In this document: piece after piece, positions 35,542 through 45,257 of the stretch
Layout: each line of letters starts with the position of its first letter
Numbering within the stretch: position 1 is the first letter of the stretch
Assembly: GCA_040390725.1 (NCBI GenBank)
Contig: JAZJXT010000001.1
Coordinates: forward strand, 6,896 to 70,895
DNA length: 64,000 nucleotides
Direction of reading: 5' to 3'
DNA from: Patescibacteria group bacterium
Lineage (GTDB): Bacteria > Patescibacteriota > Minisyncoccia > Phycocordibacterales > UBA9973
The notes under the pieces: model-generated
The model's input: the letters and a program-made list of their open reading frames with translations, nothing else
The model's database searches: none
What the model was told of the DNA's origin: nothing
Position numbers and translations under genes: made by a program

Positions 35542-37188
35542 ATGACAAATGAAGAAATAAAAAAAATACTCATAGATGGAAATTACGCAACTCCGGAAGA
35601 TATAACAAAAGTCGAAGATGAGATGAATCGCGCTGATTCTTTGTCTGATGCATTGATAAGGGAAGGCATAGTCACTAGCACTATCTTGGGGCAAGCCATC
35701 GCCGAGTTTTATGGAGTTCCTTTTGCAGATTTGAATTCACATCCTCCATTTCGTGAAAGTGTTTTGAAAATACCTGAAGATACGGCTCGAAAATATCGGC
35801 TTATTGCAGTGAGTGAAGACCAAGACGGGGTGACGATAGCCACTGACAATCCAAAACAAGAAGATTTAATAAAAATTCTACCTACTCTCTTTAAAGATGT
35901 AAAAATTTATTTGGTTTATTCTACATCAGAACAAATCGATGAACAATTTTCTGCTTACCAAAAATCCCTCGAGACAAGATTTTCAAAAATCATAAAAGAA
36001 AACAGTCGTGTTGCTCCGGAAATTATCGACCAAATTATCGGTGATGCTCTCGGCCTTCATTCTTCCGATGTGCACTTTGAACCGATAGGGGAAGATGTGG
36101 TGATTCGTTTTCGTATAGACGGGGTGATGCATGAAGCTGGAAAATTCAAAAAACTTTTTTATGAAAATATTTTAAACCGTGTGAAAGTTCAGGCAAAGCT
36201 GCGTATTGACGAGCATTATGCCGCGCAAGACGGATCTATTCGTTATCAAAAAGACGGACATTTTATTGACTTGCGTGTATCTATCGTGCCGACAGTCGAT
36301 GGAGAAAAAATAGTTATTAGAATTTTGGGTGAATATGTGCGTGGTTTTACTTTGGGAGATTTAGGTCTTTCAAAAGAAGATGAAACAATTATCCGTGAAG
36401 CTGCAGACAAGCCATTCGGCATGATACTTGTCGCAGGTCCGACAGGTTCCGGAAAAACTACGACACTTTATGCACTCATTCGTTTATTAAATAGTCCAAA
36501 AGTGAATATTACTACTATTGAGGATCCTGTGGAATATCATTTGGCAGGTATAAATCAAATTCAGGTGAATCCCGCTACTGATCTTACTTTTGCAAAAGGT
36601 TTGCGTTCGATTGTGCGTCAGGATCCGGATGTAGTATTGGTAGGTGAAATACGCGACAGGGAAACAGCTGAGATAGCCGTGAATGCGGCATTGACCGGGC
36701 ACCTTTTGCTCTCTACTTTTCACGCCAATGATTCCGCGACGGTTATCCCTAGACTTTTAAATATGGGCATCGAGCCATTTCTGCTTTCTTCTACATTCGA
36801 ACTTATTATTTCTCAGCGCTTGGTGCGAAAGATTTGCATGCAATGCAGATACGGCGTGGAGTATACCGACACCAAGCTTGTTGAAAAATTTAAACAAGCA
36901 AAAACATTTTTCTCGGAAAAGAAAATAACTTTATATGAAGGCAAGGGTTGTGATGCTTGCAATCATACGGGCTTTACCGGACGCAGTGCTATTTTTGAAT
37001 TTATTAAAATTTCTCCGGGTATAGAGGATTTGATTATAAAGAATCCTTCCTCGGGGCAGATCTGGGAATTGGCGCGCAAGGAAGGCGCTATATCAATGTT
37101 TGAAGACGGTATTAGAAAAGTAAAAAATGGCATCACTACTATAGATGAACTCTTGCGTGTCGCCGAGCCTCCGCGAGATATTATTTAA
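35542..37188 (+). CDS. pilB: type IV pilus assembly ATPase PilB (GspE family)
   Basis: N-terminal GSPII_E_N-like domain, Walker A GPTGSGKTTTLYA, and a C-terminal CxxC zinc site. Confidence 0.92.
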   Translation: MTNEEIKKILIDGNYATPEDITKVEDEMNRADSLSDALIREGIVTSTILGQAIAEFYGVPFADLNSHPPFRESVLKIPEDTARKYRLIAVSEDQDGVTIATDNPKQEDLIKILPTLFKDVKIYLVYSTSEQIDEQFSAYQKSLETRFSKIIKENSRVAPEIIDQIIGDALGLHSSDVHFEPIGEDVVIRFRIDGVMHEAGKFKKLFYENILNRVKVQAKLRIDEHYAAQDGSIRYQKDGHFIDLRVSIVPTVDGEKIVIRILGEYVRGFTLGDLGLSKEDETIIREAADKPFGMILVAGPTGSGKTTTLYALIRLLNSPKVNITTIEDPVEYHLAGINQIQVNPATDLTFAKGLRSIVRQDPDVVLVGEIRDRETAEIAVNAALTGHLLLSTFHANDSATVIPRLLNMGIEPFLLSSTFELIISQRLVRKICMQCRYGVEYTDTKLVEKFKQAKTFFSEKKITLYEGKGCDACNHTGFTGRSAIFEFIKISPGIEDLIIKNPSSGQIWELARKEGAISMFEDGIRKVKNGITTIDELLRVAEPPRDII

Positions 37189-37194
37189 TAAATT

Positions 37195-38292
37195 ATGGAA
37201 CCTAAAAAGAAAAAAATATCAAAAAGTTCTTTTGGAATATATTTGGGACTGGCCAAAGAAAAAGAATATTTAATGGAAAATTTGAGTTTTCTTATTTCTT
37301 CCGGAATGCCGATAGGGGAAGCGCTTCGCTCTATTCAGGTCGAACTCAAAAGCAATTTTATGAAAAAAATTGTCGAGCAAGCAGTGGAAGACGTCGAAAA
37401 TGGCGTACCACTTTATCGGGCGCTCGACGATACCGGGCTTTTCGGAATGCATGAAATTTCCTTGATAAAAAATGGAGAAGAGTCCGGACTCCTGGTGGGG
37501 AATTTAAAAGTAATCTCTGAGCAGGCTGCCAAGAATCGTATTTTCAGATCTCGTTTGTCTTCGGCTTTGATGTATCCGACGCTTATATTGTCTGTCACCT
37601 TTTTGGTGGGTACAGGGGTGGCTTGGTTTATTTTACCCAGATTAGCGACGATGTTTTCTCAGCTTCATATAAAGCTCCCGCTTATCACTCAGATTTTTAT
37701 TTCTGTCGGTATTTTTTTGAGTAAATACGGTTCTATATTTTTCCCTTTTTTAATTGCTTTTGTTGTTTTGGCCATTTACTTGCTTTTTTATTTTCCAAAG
37801 ACACGTATAGCCGGGCAGTATCTTTTATTTTCGATTCCGGGCATCAGCAGATTGATTCAAGAATTGGAAATTTCCAGAATGGGATATCTTTTAGGATCAC
37901 TTAATAATGCCGGATTGCCTTTACTGCAAGCTATCGGCTCGCTTCGCGAATCTACACTTTCTCCTTTTTATGCGAAGTTTTATGATTTCTTATATATAAA
38001 AATAGAAGAAGGTTTTTCTTTTGAGGAAAGTTTTAAAGCATACAAAAATATTCGCAAGATATTGCCTTTATCCATTCAGCAAATAATAACTATCGGAGAA
38101 CAATCAGGCAATCTTTCGACTGCTCTTTTGAAAATAGGCCAAGCTTATGAAGAAAAAACAGAAGTCACCAGTAAAAATATTTCTATTGCCCTCGAGCCTA
38201 TTTTGCTTGTGATAGTTTGGGGGGGAGTGATGTTGGTGGCTATCGCTGTTATTTTGCCTATTTATAGTTTGGTTGGCGGAATAGGAAAGTAA
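37195..38292 (+). CDS. pilC: type IV pilus platform protein PilC (GspF family)
   Basis: Two GspF-like repeats with transmembrane helices. Confidence 0.88.
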   Translation: MEPKKKKISKSSFGIYLGLAKEKEYLMENLSFLISSGMPIGEALRSIQVELKSNFMKKIVEQAVEDVENGVPLYRALDDTGLFGMHEISLIKNGEESGLLVGNLKVISEQAAKNRIFRSRLSSALMYPTLILSVTFLVGTGVAWFILPRLATMFSQLHIKLPLITQIFISVGIFLSKYGSIFFPFLIAFVVLAIYLLFYFPKTRIAGQYLLFSIPGISRLIQELEISRMGYLLGSLNNAGLPLLQAIGSLRESTLSPFYAKFYDFLYIKIEEGFSFEESFKAYKNIRKILPLSIQQIITIGEQSGNLSTALLKIGQAYEEKTEVTSKNISIALEPILLVIVWGGVMLVAIAVILPIYSLVGGIGK

Positions 38293-38293
38293 A

Positions 38294-38755
38294 ATGAAAT
38301 TAAAAAATAATAAATTTTTTAATAGGGGCTTCACTTTATTTGAGCTTTTGCTCGTGGTGGCGGCATTCGCTACTATCGCGCTCATCGTCGGTCCTTTTTC
38401 CAGCTCGTCGGTAATACGCAGTAATTTAGATGTAGCATCTCGCAATGTGGAATCTTCTTTGCATCGGGCGTATACTTATGCCAGATCAGGAGAAAATAAT
38501 TCTGATTGGGGAGTGCATATTACCAGCACTGATGTGATTGTATTTTCCGGCTCAACTTATTCTGGACGAGATGCTGACCTTGATGAAGATGCAAAGATTG
38601 CTTCTTCGGTTACCTTGGGTGGATTAAGCGATGTTATCTTTATGCAAAAAACCGGCACTCCGACCAATGACAGTATCGGCGAGATTACTTTGGAGTCAGA
38701 TCAAGTTACAAAACATATTAATATAAATGGAGCGGGTGCGGTGACTGTAAATTAA
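38294..38755 (+). CDS. type IV pilin-like protein
   Basis: NRGFTLFELLLVVAAFATIALIV prepilin motif. Confidence 0.75.
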   Translation: MKLKNNKFFNRGFTLFELLLVVAAFATIALIVGPFSSSSVIRSNLDVASRNVESSLHRAYTYARSGENNSDWGVHITSTDVIVFSGSTYSGRDADLDEDAKIASSVTLGGLSDVIFMQKTGTPTNDSIGEITLESDQVTKHININGAGAVTVN

Positions 38756-38756
38756 A

Positions 38757-40628
38757 ATGCAAAATAAAATTAAAAATAAATATAATAAAAAAAGTACCGG
38801 TTTTTCAATTATTGAAATTATTTTATCTATTTCTTTATTTTCTATAATAACTCTGGGTGCTATATCTTCCGCCTTATACGGAGAAAGTGCGCAAATACAA
38901 TCCGGCGCTCGCAAGCGTGCGACCCTCATCGCGGATCAGACAGTAGAAATTCTCCGTGCAATTCGTGATTCCTCTTCGAGGGGTTTTGGAGCTATTACTA
39001 TTTCCGGCAGGCATCAAGGCTTGGGCATGCACAATGGCGCATGGACATTGATAGCGGACCCGGATACTGTTGATGATTATTTTTTACGCACTGTGGATGT
39101 CACCTTAGCTGATGATGGTATTGCAAAAAAAATCACCACCACTGTTTGTTGGCCGGCTACTGATTGCCCCAGTGCCGGGGATTCTGTTTCTATAGTTACA
39201 TATTTGACCGACTGGCGCAGTGGCGGGACGGGAACTGCAGGAGGAATAAAAGTTGCGGTCGCTGGTGATGGACAACATGCTTATATGATTACTGATCACA
39301 ACAGTCTCGAAGTTTTTAATATCACTAATCCGGCTCTTAACTCTTGGACACCAATGGGCACAGCGTCACTAGGAGGGGATATCAACGGACTTCCTACCAA
39401 TCTTTTTTATAGTGCTTATGGTGGTCAAAAATTTGTTTACGTGTCATCGAGTAATCCTTCAGCTGGATTTCAAATTGTAAATGTTTCCGATCCTACTTCA
39501 CCGCAAGTTTACGGCACTGCGTATGTCACGGTAGAAGGGGATAGTAATTCTACTGTTGATTCTGTCTGGGCTGATACGCAAACAGGGGAAGCATTTTTAC
39601 TCGCGCACAATAGTGACAGCAGTGTCAGTGAAATTTTTATGGTTGATGCTAGGGATCCTTCGGCTCCTAATATAATTTTACTTCCTACGGCGACATATTC
39701 GGTCGCGAATCAAGTCATAGGAGGTCTAGCCGTCGGAGATATTTCTTCACAACCTAAAATGTGCACGACCGCAGGAGGATCGGTAGCTACAGGTTATTCC
39801 TTGTATTGTTATGATTACAATTTTGATTTTTCTAATCCTACACCAGCGCCTTCTCTGGCTGAAGATGGTGTTTTGAGTACTTCGCATGGTTCTTGGGCTC
39901 CATCTCATACGATTGCTATTTATAATAATGATTATTACACGACTCCTGGAGGACAAATAAGTAAAAATGATTCCACTCCTGTGACTATTTCCAGCAATGA
40001 TATTTATGATATGTCGTTGACCACTCGCGAGGGCAGGCCTTATGCATATTTGGCTGTGCCTAGTGACACGACTGGCTTTAAAGAAGTTGATATTTTTGAT
40101 ATTAATAATCCTGTAATTATAACTGCTAGGAATACTGTCGGTGCACTTTACGGTGTTGTTTATGATAGTACTACAAGTACTCCATATGCTTTTGGTTCGG
40201 ATTCCATCGATGGTTTTGTTTCTTTTTTGCCGACTACTGTAGGAATAAACATGACGCCTTTTGATGGCATAGATGCGACGACGATAAAAGGTTCAGATTT
40301 TGTGCATTGTCTGCCTGTTGTTTCACCGAGTACTGATCATGGTTGTCCGGTAACTTATAGATTAACAAATGTCAGTAGTGGAAATTTAGCTTATACAATA
40401 TCTTCGGACGAGTCATGGGTAGTTCTTTCTGGTTCAGGTAATACTCTTTCACCTACTGATCATGACGATATTATTGCATCTGTGGATGTTGCAGAAGTTA
40501 ATACTGCTAATTTGAGTGAAGGCACTCATTCTGCCACTATTACTTTGACTTATGGTTCCACGCACATTACTCGTACGGTTTCTTTAATAGTGAATCCTGC
40601 AGTAGGAACAAAAGTCCGCGCGCAGTAA
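38757..40628 (+). CDS. large pilin-like protein with C-terminal LVIVD-type beta-propeller (putative pilus tip adhesin)
   Basis: Prepilin N-terminus STGFSIIEIILSISLF, then repeated hxVxDxSNPxxP motifs (LEVFNITNPALNS, FQIVNVSDPTSPQ, IFMVDARDPSAPN, KEVDIFDINNPV). Confidence 0.7.
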   Translation: MQNKIKNKYNKKSTGFSIIEIILSISLFSIITLGAISSALYGESAQIQSGARKRATLIADQTVEILRAIRDSSSRGFGAITISGRHQGLGMHNGAWTLIADPDTVDDYFLRTVDVTLADDGIAKKITTTVCWPATDCPSAGDSVSIVTYLTDWRSGGTGTAGGIKVAVAGDGQHAYMITDHNSLEVFNITNPALNSWTPMGTASLGGDINGLPTNLFYSAYGGQKFVYVSSSNPSAGFQIVNVSDPTSPQVYGTAYVTVEGDSNSTVDSVWADTQTGEAFLLAHNSDSSVSEIFMVDARDPSAPNIILLPTATYSVANQVIGGLAVGDISSQPKMCTTAGGSVATGYSLYCYDYNFDFSNPTPAPSLAEDGVLSTSHGSWAPSHTIAIYNNDYYTTPGGQISKNDSTPVTISSNDIYDMSLTTREGRPYAYLAVPSDTTGFKEVDIFDINNPVIITARNTVGALYGVVYDSTTSTPYAFGSDSIDGFVSFLPTTVGINMTPFDGIDATTIKGSDFVHCLPVVSPSTDHGCPVTYRLTNVSSGNLAYTISSDESWVVLSGSGNTLSPTDHDDIIASVDVAEVNTANLSEGTHSATITLTYGSTHITRTVSLIVNPAVGTKVRAQ

Positions 40629-40699
40629 AATGCAGATTGGGTAAAAAAATAACCATTCACGATTGTAAATGGTTATAATGCCGAATCTCGGCAAAAAAA

Positions 40700-41542
40700 T
40701 TATCTGTGGTGCATGCCACCATGACCACCTGATGGTCCTTGGGTAGCATTACCTTGATGTATTCCAGGGCTCCCGTGCACTCCAGGGTTTCCTTGATGAT
40801 TAACTCCAACATTGGTATTAGCACGAGGAATTGTTACAATCCCTGTACTTTTTACACCCGTCGTGTTTTGGTGCCACTGCATCGTCTGGTTGTTGGGCTG
40901 AGTAATTTGCCCATTGCCACGACTAGGTGTAGTGGTAGTAGTGATCAAGCCCTTATTATTAGTTACAGGATTTGTAACTGCTGCAGGGCGAGACTTACTT
41001 TCCTCATAGCGCTTAGCGGCTTCTGTTGTTGTGGGTGTGCGGTTGGCAACATTGTTGGGCGAAGAAACTTTTGTATAATTTCTTGTACCATTTGTGTTGC
41101 CGGATCTTCCGGTAGAAGAGTTTCGGTTTGGGTTGTTAGCGAACAATGTGGTCGTTCGGTGTCCATGATTCCCGCTAATGGTATTAGAAAAAATACCATT
41201 CCCTTTGGAAAACATTCCACTATTCCGATAAAATCCATTAATACCATACATGCCATAATAGCCCATACCGTAATAACCTCCCATAAATCCATACCCCATA
41301 CCAACTCCCCAGCCATAGCCGAAGAATCCTAGGTATGGTAAACCAAATCCGTATCCCATCATGCCATATCCATACCCCATGTACGGATAACTCCATACAT
41401 TATTTAGGCCTTGATAATTGCCTATGTTGTTCGTATGGAAAACGACTTCATGCACGGTGTGCACAGTTGTTGTGGTTTTTCTACCACAAGAAACTAGGGC
41501 CATCATCACGATGGCGAACGAAATCAAAACTGAGTTTTTCAT
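40700..41542 (-). CDS. Gly/Tyr/Met-rich low-complexity lipoprotein
   Basis: Lipobox LVSC, then GYGYGMMGYGFG...GMGYGFMGGYYGMGYYGMYG and an Asn/Thr-rich disordered tail. Confidence 0.6.
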   Translation of the reverse strand: MKNSVLISFAIVMMALVSCGRKTTTTVHTVHEVVFHTNNIGNYQGLNNVWSYPYMGYGYGMMGYGFGLPYLGFFGYGWGVGMGYGFMGGYYGMGYYGMYGINGFYRNSGMFSKGNGIFSNTISGNHGHRTTTLFANNPNRNSSTGRSGNTNGTRNYTKVSSPNNVANRTPTTTEAAKRYEESKSRPAAVTNPVTNNKGLITTTTTPSRGNGQITQPNNQTMQWHQNTTGVKSTGIVTIPRANTNVGVNHQGNPGVHGSPGIHQGNATQGPSGGHGGMHHR

Positions 41543-41706
41543 AAGTGAAATATTAAAAGTTTTTTAGATTCAAAGTTAAAATACACGAACCAAATTTTAT
41601 TTTAGTTGTTGTATTTTAACTTCAAAATCTTTAAAACTCATATTTTCAAGGAACTAAAGACCTCGATAAGTATACACCTTTCATTCAAAAATGTCAAGGT
41701 CATAAA

Positions 41707-41726
41707 CCCCGATGTCGGACATATGG
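41707..41726. repeat. Palindrome family copy 3 (single arm ccccgatgtcggacatatgg)
   Basis: Left arm only; the partner arm is absent. Lies 3' of recG. Confidence 0.6.
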
Positions 41727-41746
41727 AAAAGCCTTATTTATAAGCT

Positions 41747-43981
41747 TTATTCGAAATGAAACTCGCCAGCTTTTGATTTTACTGTTTGTTTTAAGAGGGG
41801 ATATTTTATAAGTTCCGGATCTTCATAAATAAGTCGCACGGCTTCATTGCGGGCTGCTTCAACCATTTTTATATTTTTTATCGCTTCCATGCCGAGGTCG
41901 GTGATGCCCCATTGTTTTCCGCCGGAAAGCTCGCCGGCTCCGCGCAAAGTCAAATCAAGCTCTGCCAGTTCAAAACCATTTTTGGCATTTTTCAAAGCTT
42001 TTAACCTTTGCAAAGTTTTATCAGTTTTAGCATCAGCAAAAACATAACAGTAGGCTTGGTGTGAACTGCGGATGACGCGTCCACGGAGCTGGTGGAGTTG
42101 TGCTAGGCCGAATCTTTCCGCGCCCTCTATTATTATTACTGTGGCATTTGGTACATTCACTCCGACTTCAACCACAGACGTGGCGCACAAAATATTTATT
42201 TTGCCATTTGTAAAATCTTCCATTACTTCTTCTTTTTTTTGCTTGGACATTTTTGAATGAAGCACGCCGATTTCATATTCCGGGAAAATTTCTTTTTTTA
42301 ATCTTTTTGCTTCTGATGTTACGGATTTTAGGTCAAGCTTCACCCCTTGAAATTTTTCCACCTTGCGCCCTTCCCGGAGTACCGGTTGGGACCCTCGGGC
42401 AGGAAAAATTTCAAGGGATTCAGCTTCTTGGTCTTCGAAAATCCTCGGACAAATAACATAAAGCTGTCTGCCTTTTTTCATTTCTTCTTTTATTTTTTCA
42501 TAAGTTTCATTTCTTTTATCCGGCGTGATTATCTCGGTAATTATTTGTTTTCTACCAGCGGGCATTTCTTCGAGTAGTGATAAATCCAAATCGCCATAAA
42601 TTGTGAGGGCGAGTGTGCGGGGGATAGGCGTCGCTGTCATGGATAGTAGATGTGGCGCAACGCCATCTTTCCTGGTTAATTTTCTTCTTTGCATTGTGCC
42701 AAAGCGATGCTGTTCATCTATCACAACTAATGCCAAGTTTTTAAATTTAACGGATTTTTGGATCAGGGCGTGCGTGCCTATTAAAATAGGTATTTCGCCA
42801 TTTGCTGTCCATTTTAAAAGTTGTGCGCGGGAAATGTCAGTCCAGCCCGAAGGGTTTACTTTTGATGGGAATTTTTTACATCCCGATCCGGTAATAAGCC
42901 CTATGCTTATACCGGTGTTAACAAAATATTTTATAAATGATTCGAAATGTTGTGATGCTAATATTTCTGTCGGAGCCATGTAGCCCACTTGTAAATTACC
43001 GAATTTTTGTCCATCGGGTCTTTGCATAACCGTAGCATAAGTCGCTGTCGCGGCGACGGCTGTTTTACCGGACCCGACATCACCCTCGAGGAGCCGAGAC
43101 ATGGGGAAATTTTTCCCAATGTCTTCCAGAATTGTTTTTATGGATTTTTCTTGGGAATTAGTCGGCATGAAGGGGAACTTAGAAATAAAATTCTCAACAT
43201 TTTTTTTATCCGGAGTAATTTGGAATGATTTATTTTTTCTGTATATAAATTTATCATGCTGGCGTTCAAGCTGGATGCAAAAAACTTCTTCAAAAGCGAA
43301 ACGCTTGCGCGCCACCTCGGCATCATTTTTATTTTTTGGTTTATGCACCCAGACTAGTGCTGTTTTTAGGGTTGGTAAATTATATTTTTTTAAAATCTCT
43401 GCCGGAATGTAGTCTATGATATCATCCAAAGTTTTATCATTTAATATTTTTACAATCGCGTGATAGAACCATTTGCTCGTGATGCCTCGGGTTTCCGGAT
43501 AAACAGGATAAGAGAAGCCTTCATTTTTTATGCCTTCTTTGGCAAATAAATTATCATGTGAATCTATCGGCATATTTGGTATTTTTACAAATTCAGGATT
43601 GGCTAAATATACTCCATTTTTTCCTTCTGTTATTTTCCCTGTGAGCATCACGGTGTCGCCTTCATGTATCATTTTTGCCAGGTAGGCCTGGTGGAACCAT
43701 GTAATTTTTATTTTTCCTGAGAGGTCTTCGACTTCACCTTCGCCCATCGGTATCTTGGAATGAAAACTTTTTTTGGTTTTTAGTTTTGAAATTTTTCCAC
43801 AAACTGTGGCAGTTTCACTCGGTATGAGTTCTGATATTTTTTTTATTTGGCTGATATCTGAATACCTGACAGGGAAGTGAAAAAGTAAGTCGTGCACCGA
43901 AAAAAGGTTGAGCTTGCGCAGGGCTTTTTTCTGATTTTCGTCCAAGCGGAATTTAGATTCAAGCTTGTCGTGTAGTTCCAT
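41747..43981 (-). CDS. recG: ATP-dependent DNA helicase RecG
   Basis: OB-fold wedge domain, helicase motifs GDVGSGKT and DEQHRFG. Confidence 0.92.
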   Translation of the reverse strand: MELHDKLESKFRLDENQKKALRKLNLFSVHDLLFHFPVRYSDISQIKKISELIPSETATVCGKISKLKTKKSFHSKIPMGEGEVEDLSGKIKITWFHQAYLAKMIHEGDTVMLTGKITEGKNGVYLANPEFVKIPNMPIDSHDNLFAKEGIKNEGFSYPVYPETRGITSKWFYHAIVKILNDKTLDDIIDYIPAEILKKYNLPTLKTALVWVHKPKNKNDAEVARKRFAFEEVFCIQLERQHDKFIYRKNKSFQITPDKKNVENFISKFPFMPTNSQEKSIKTILEDIGKNFPMSRLLEGDVGSGKTAVAATATYATVMQRPDGQKFGNLQVGYMAPTEILASQHFESFIKYFVNTGISIGLITGSGCKKFPSKVNPSGWTDISRAQLLKWTANGEIPILIGTHALIQKSVKFKNLALVVIDEQHRFGTMQRRKLTRKDGVAPHLLSMTATPIPRTLALTIYGDLDLSLLEEMPAGRKQIITEIITPDKRNETYEKIKEEMKKGRQLYVICPRIFEDQEAESLEIFPARGSQPVLREGRKVEKFQGVKLDLKSVTSEAKRLKKEIFPEYEIGVLHSKMSKQKKEEVMEDFTNGKINILCATSVVEVGVNVPNATVIIIEGAERFGLAQLHQLRGRVIRSSHQAYCYVFADAKTDKTLQRLKALKNAKNGFELAELDLTLRGAGELSGGKQWGITDLGMEAIKNIKMVEAARNEAVRLIYEDPELIKYPLLKQTVKSKAGEFHFE

Positions 43982-43995
43982 ATTGAAGTTTTAAA

Positions 43996-44373
43996 CTAGG
44001 ATCCGATCAGACCTTTAATTTTAGTTGCCAGTTCATCTAGAGTAAAATTAGACTTTACCATGAATTCACTGATACCGAGCTTTTGAGCGCGCTTGATGTC
44101 TTTTTCTTCGGATAGGTTTGAGAATACAATAACAGGAATAGTTAGGAATTCTTTATTTTGTCTGATTCTTTCTAGGATCATAAAACCGTCTACTTCGGGG
44201 AGCAAAAGGTCGAGAAGTATGAGGTCTAGCTTGTTCTTTGGGTCGTCTATTATTTTAAATGCTTCTACGCTATTGCCCGCAGCTAAAACATCGTAGCCTT
44301 CCTTTTTTAGCTTTGTAGCTTCGAGTCCTTGCAAGAAATTGTCATCTTCTATTATAAGTATTATTTTTGCCAT
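43996..44373 (-). CDS. single-domain response regulator (CheY-like receiver)
   Basis: Paralogue of 35137-35511 (..VIVFSNLSEEKDIKRAQKLGISEFMVKSN). Confidence 0.8.
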   Translation of the reverse strand: MAKIILIIEDDNFLQGLEATKLKKEGYDVLAAGNSVEAFKIIDDPKNKLDLILLDLLLPEVDGFMILERIRQNKEFLTIPVIVFSNLSEEKDIKRAQKLGISEFMVKSNFTLDELATKIKGLIGS

Positions 44374-44432
44374 GTTTTTATTATGCTATTGATACATTAC
44401 TATTATATTACTACTGAAAATAAATGCAACCA

Positions 44433-45200
44433 TTAAATTTGGGCTTGTTTAAATTCCGGTATTTTAAAGAAAAATGTAGTGCCTGCTTCTTTTTCACTTT
44501 CAAACCAGATTTTCCCTCCATGATCCTCAACTATTTTTTTAATAGTAAAAAGCCCTATACCTGAACCGATGATTTCTTTTTTTTGAGCTTCCGGGTCGCG
44601 ATAAAACTTTTCAAAAAGTTTCTTTTTTCCGTCTTCTGATATACCTATACCGGTGTCTTTGACGGAAATTTCCATAAATCCGTCGCCGTCTTTTCTGATA
44701 GTTATAAAAACTTTTCCGTGATCGTTGCTGTACTTTATCGCATTCTCTAAAATATTTTGAAACACTACTCTGATTTTTTCTTTGTCTGCCCTTAATGCGG
44801 GCATTTTTTCTTCGGGTTTTAAGAATATTATTTCAATGCCTTTATTGTAAGCTTCTCCGGAAAAGTCGAAAATAGAGTGCTCGATTATTTCTGCCATATC
44901 TACAGATTCGAAAACATATTTTTTTTCTGTGGTATTTTCTGTTTTATTTGCTAAAAGTAGTTCATTGACTATGCCTATCGCTCGGTCATTGCCTTCATAA
45001 GCTTTACGCATTAAATTTTCTTGTTCGGGTGTAGCCTTACCCAAGTCACCATCAAGGAACATTTTAATAATCCATTTCAATGCGGAAAGGGAAGTACGTA
45101 TCTGATGCGCGCTGATAGAAACGATATCAGACTTTACTGAAAGTGATTGCTTTAATTTATCATTTTCCTCCTGCAGATTTTTTATTTCATTTTCATCCAT
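44433..45200 (-). CDS. cytoplasmic histidine kinase (HisKA + HATPase_c, no sensor domain)
   Basis: H-box SAHQIRTSLSALKW and G-boxes. Confidence 0.82.
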   Translation of the reverse strand: MDENEIKNLQEENDKLKQSLSVKSDIVSISAHQIRTSLSALKWIIKMFLDGDLGKATPEQENLMRKAYEGNDRAIGIVNELLLANKTENTTEKKYVFESVDMAEIIEHSIFDFSGEAYNKGIEIIFLKPEEKMPALRADKEKIRVVFQNILENAIKYSNDHGKVFITIRKDGDGFMEISVKDTGIGISEDGKKKLFEKFYRDPEAQKKEIIGSGIGLFTIKKIVEDHGGKIWFESEKEAGTTFFFKIPEFKQAQI

Positions 45201-45257
45201 GATTATATTGTAGCATTTCTTATATAAAACTAGAAATAAACTAAAATTTATGTTAAG

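Noticed and set aside
40739-41544. Plus-strand ORFs (197 aa and 69 aa) opposite the Gly/Tyr-rich lipoprotein gene.
   Set aside because: The minus-strand frame has a lipoprotein signal peptide and a coherent low-complexity composition. The plus ORFs are its mirror.
42072-43412. Several plus-strand ORFs antisense to recG, and minus-strand ORFs inside the malic enzyme (48166-48783) and VIT (13047-13346) genes.
   Set aside because: They lie inside well-supported conserved genes. Low-complexity translations suggest shadow ORFs.
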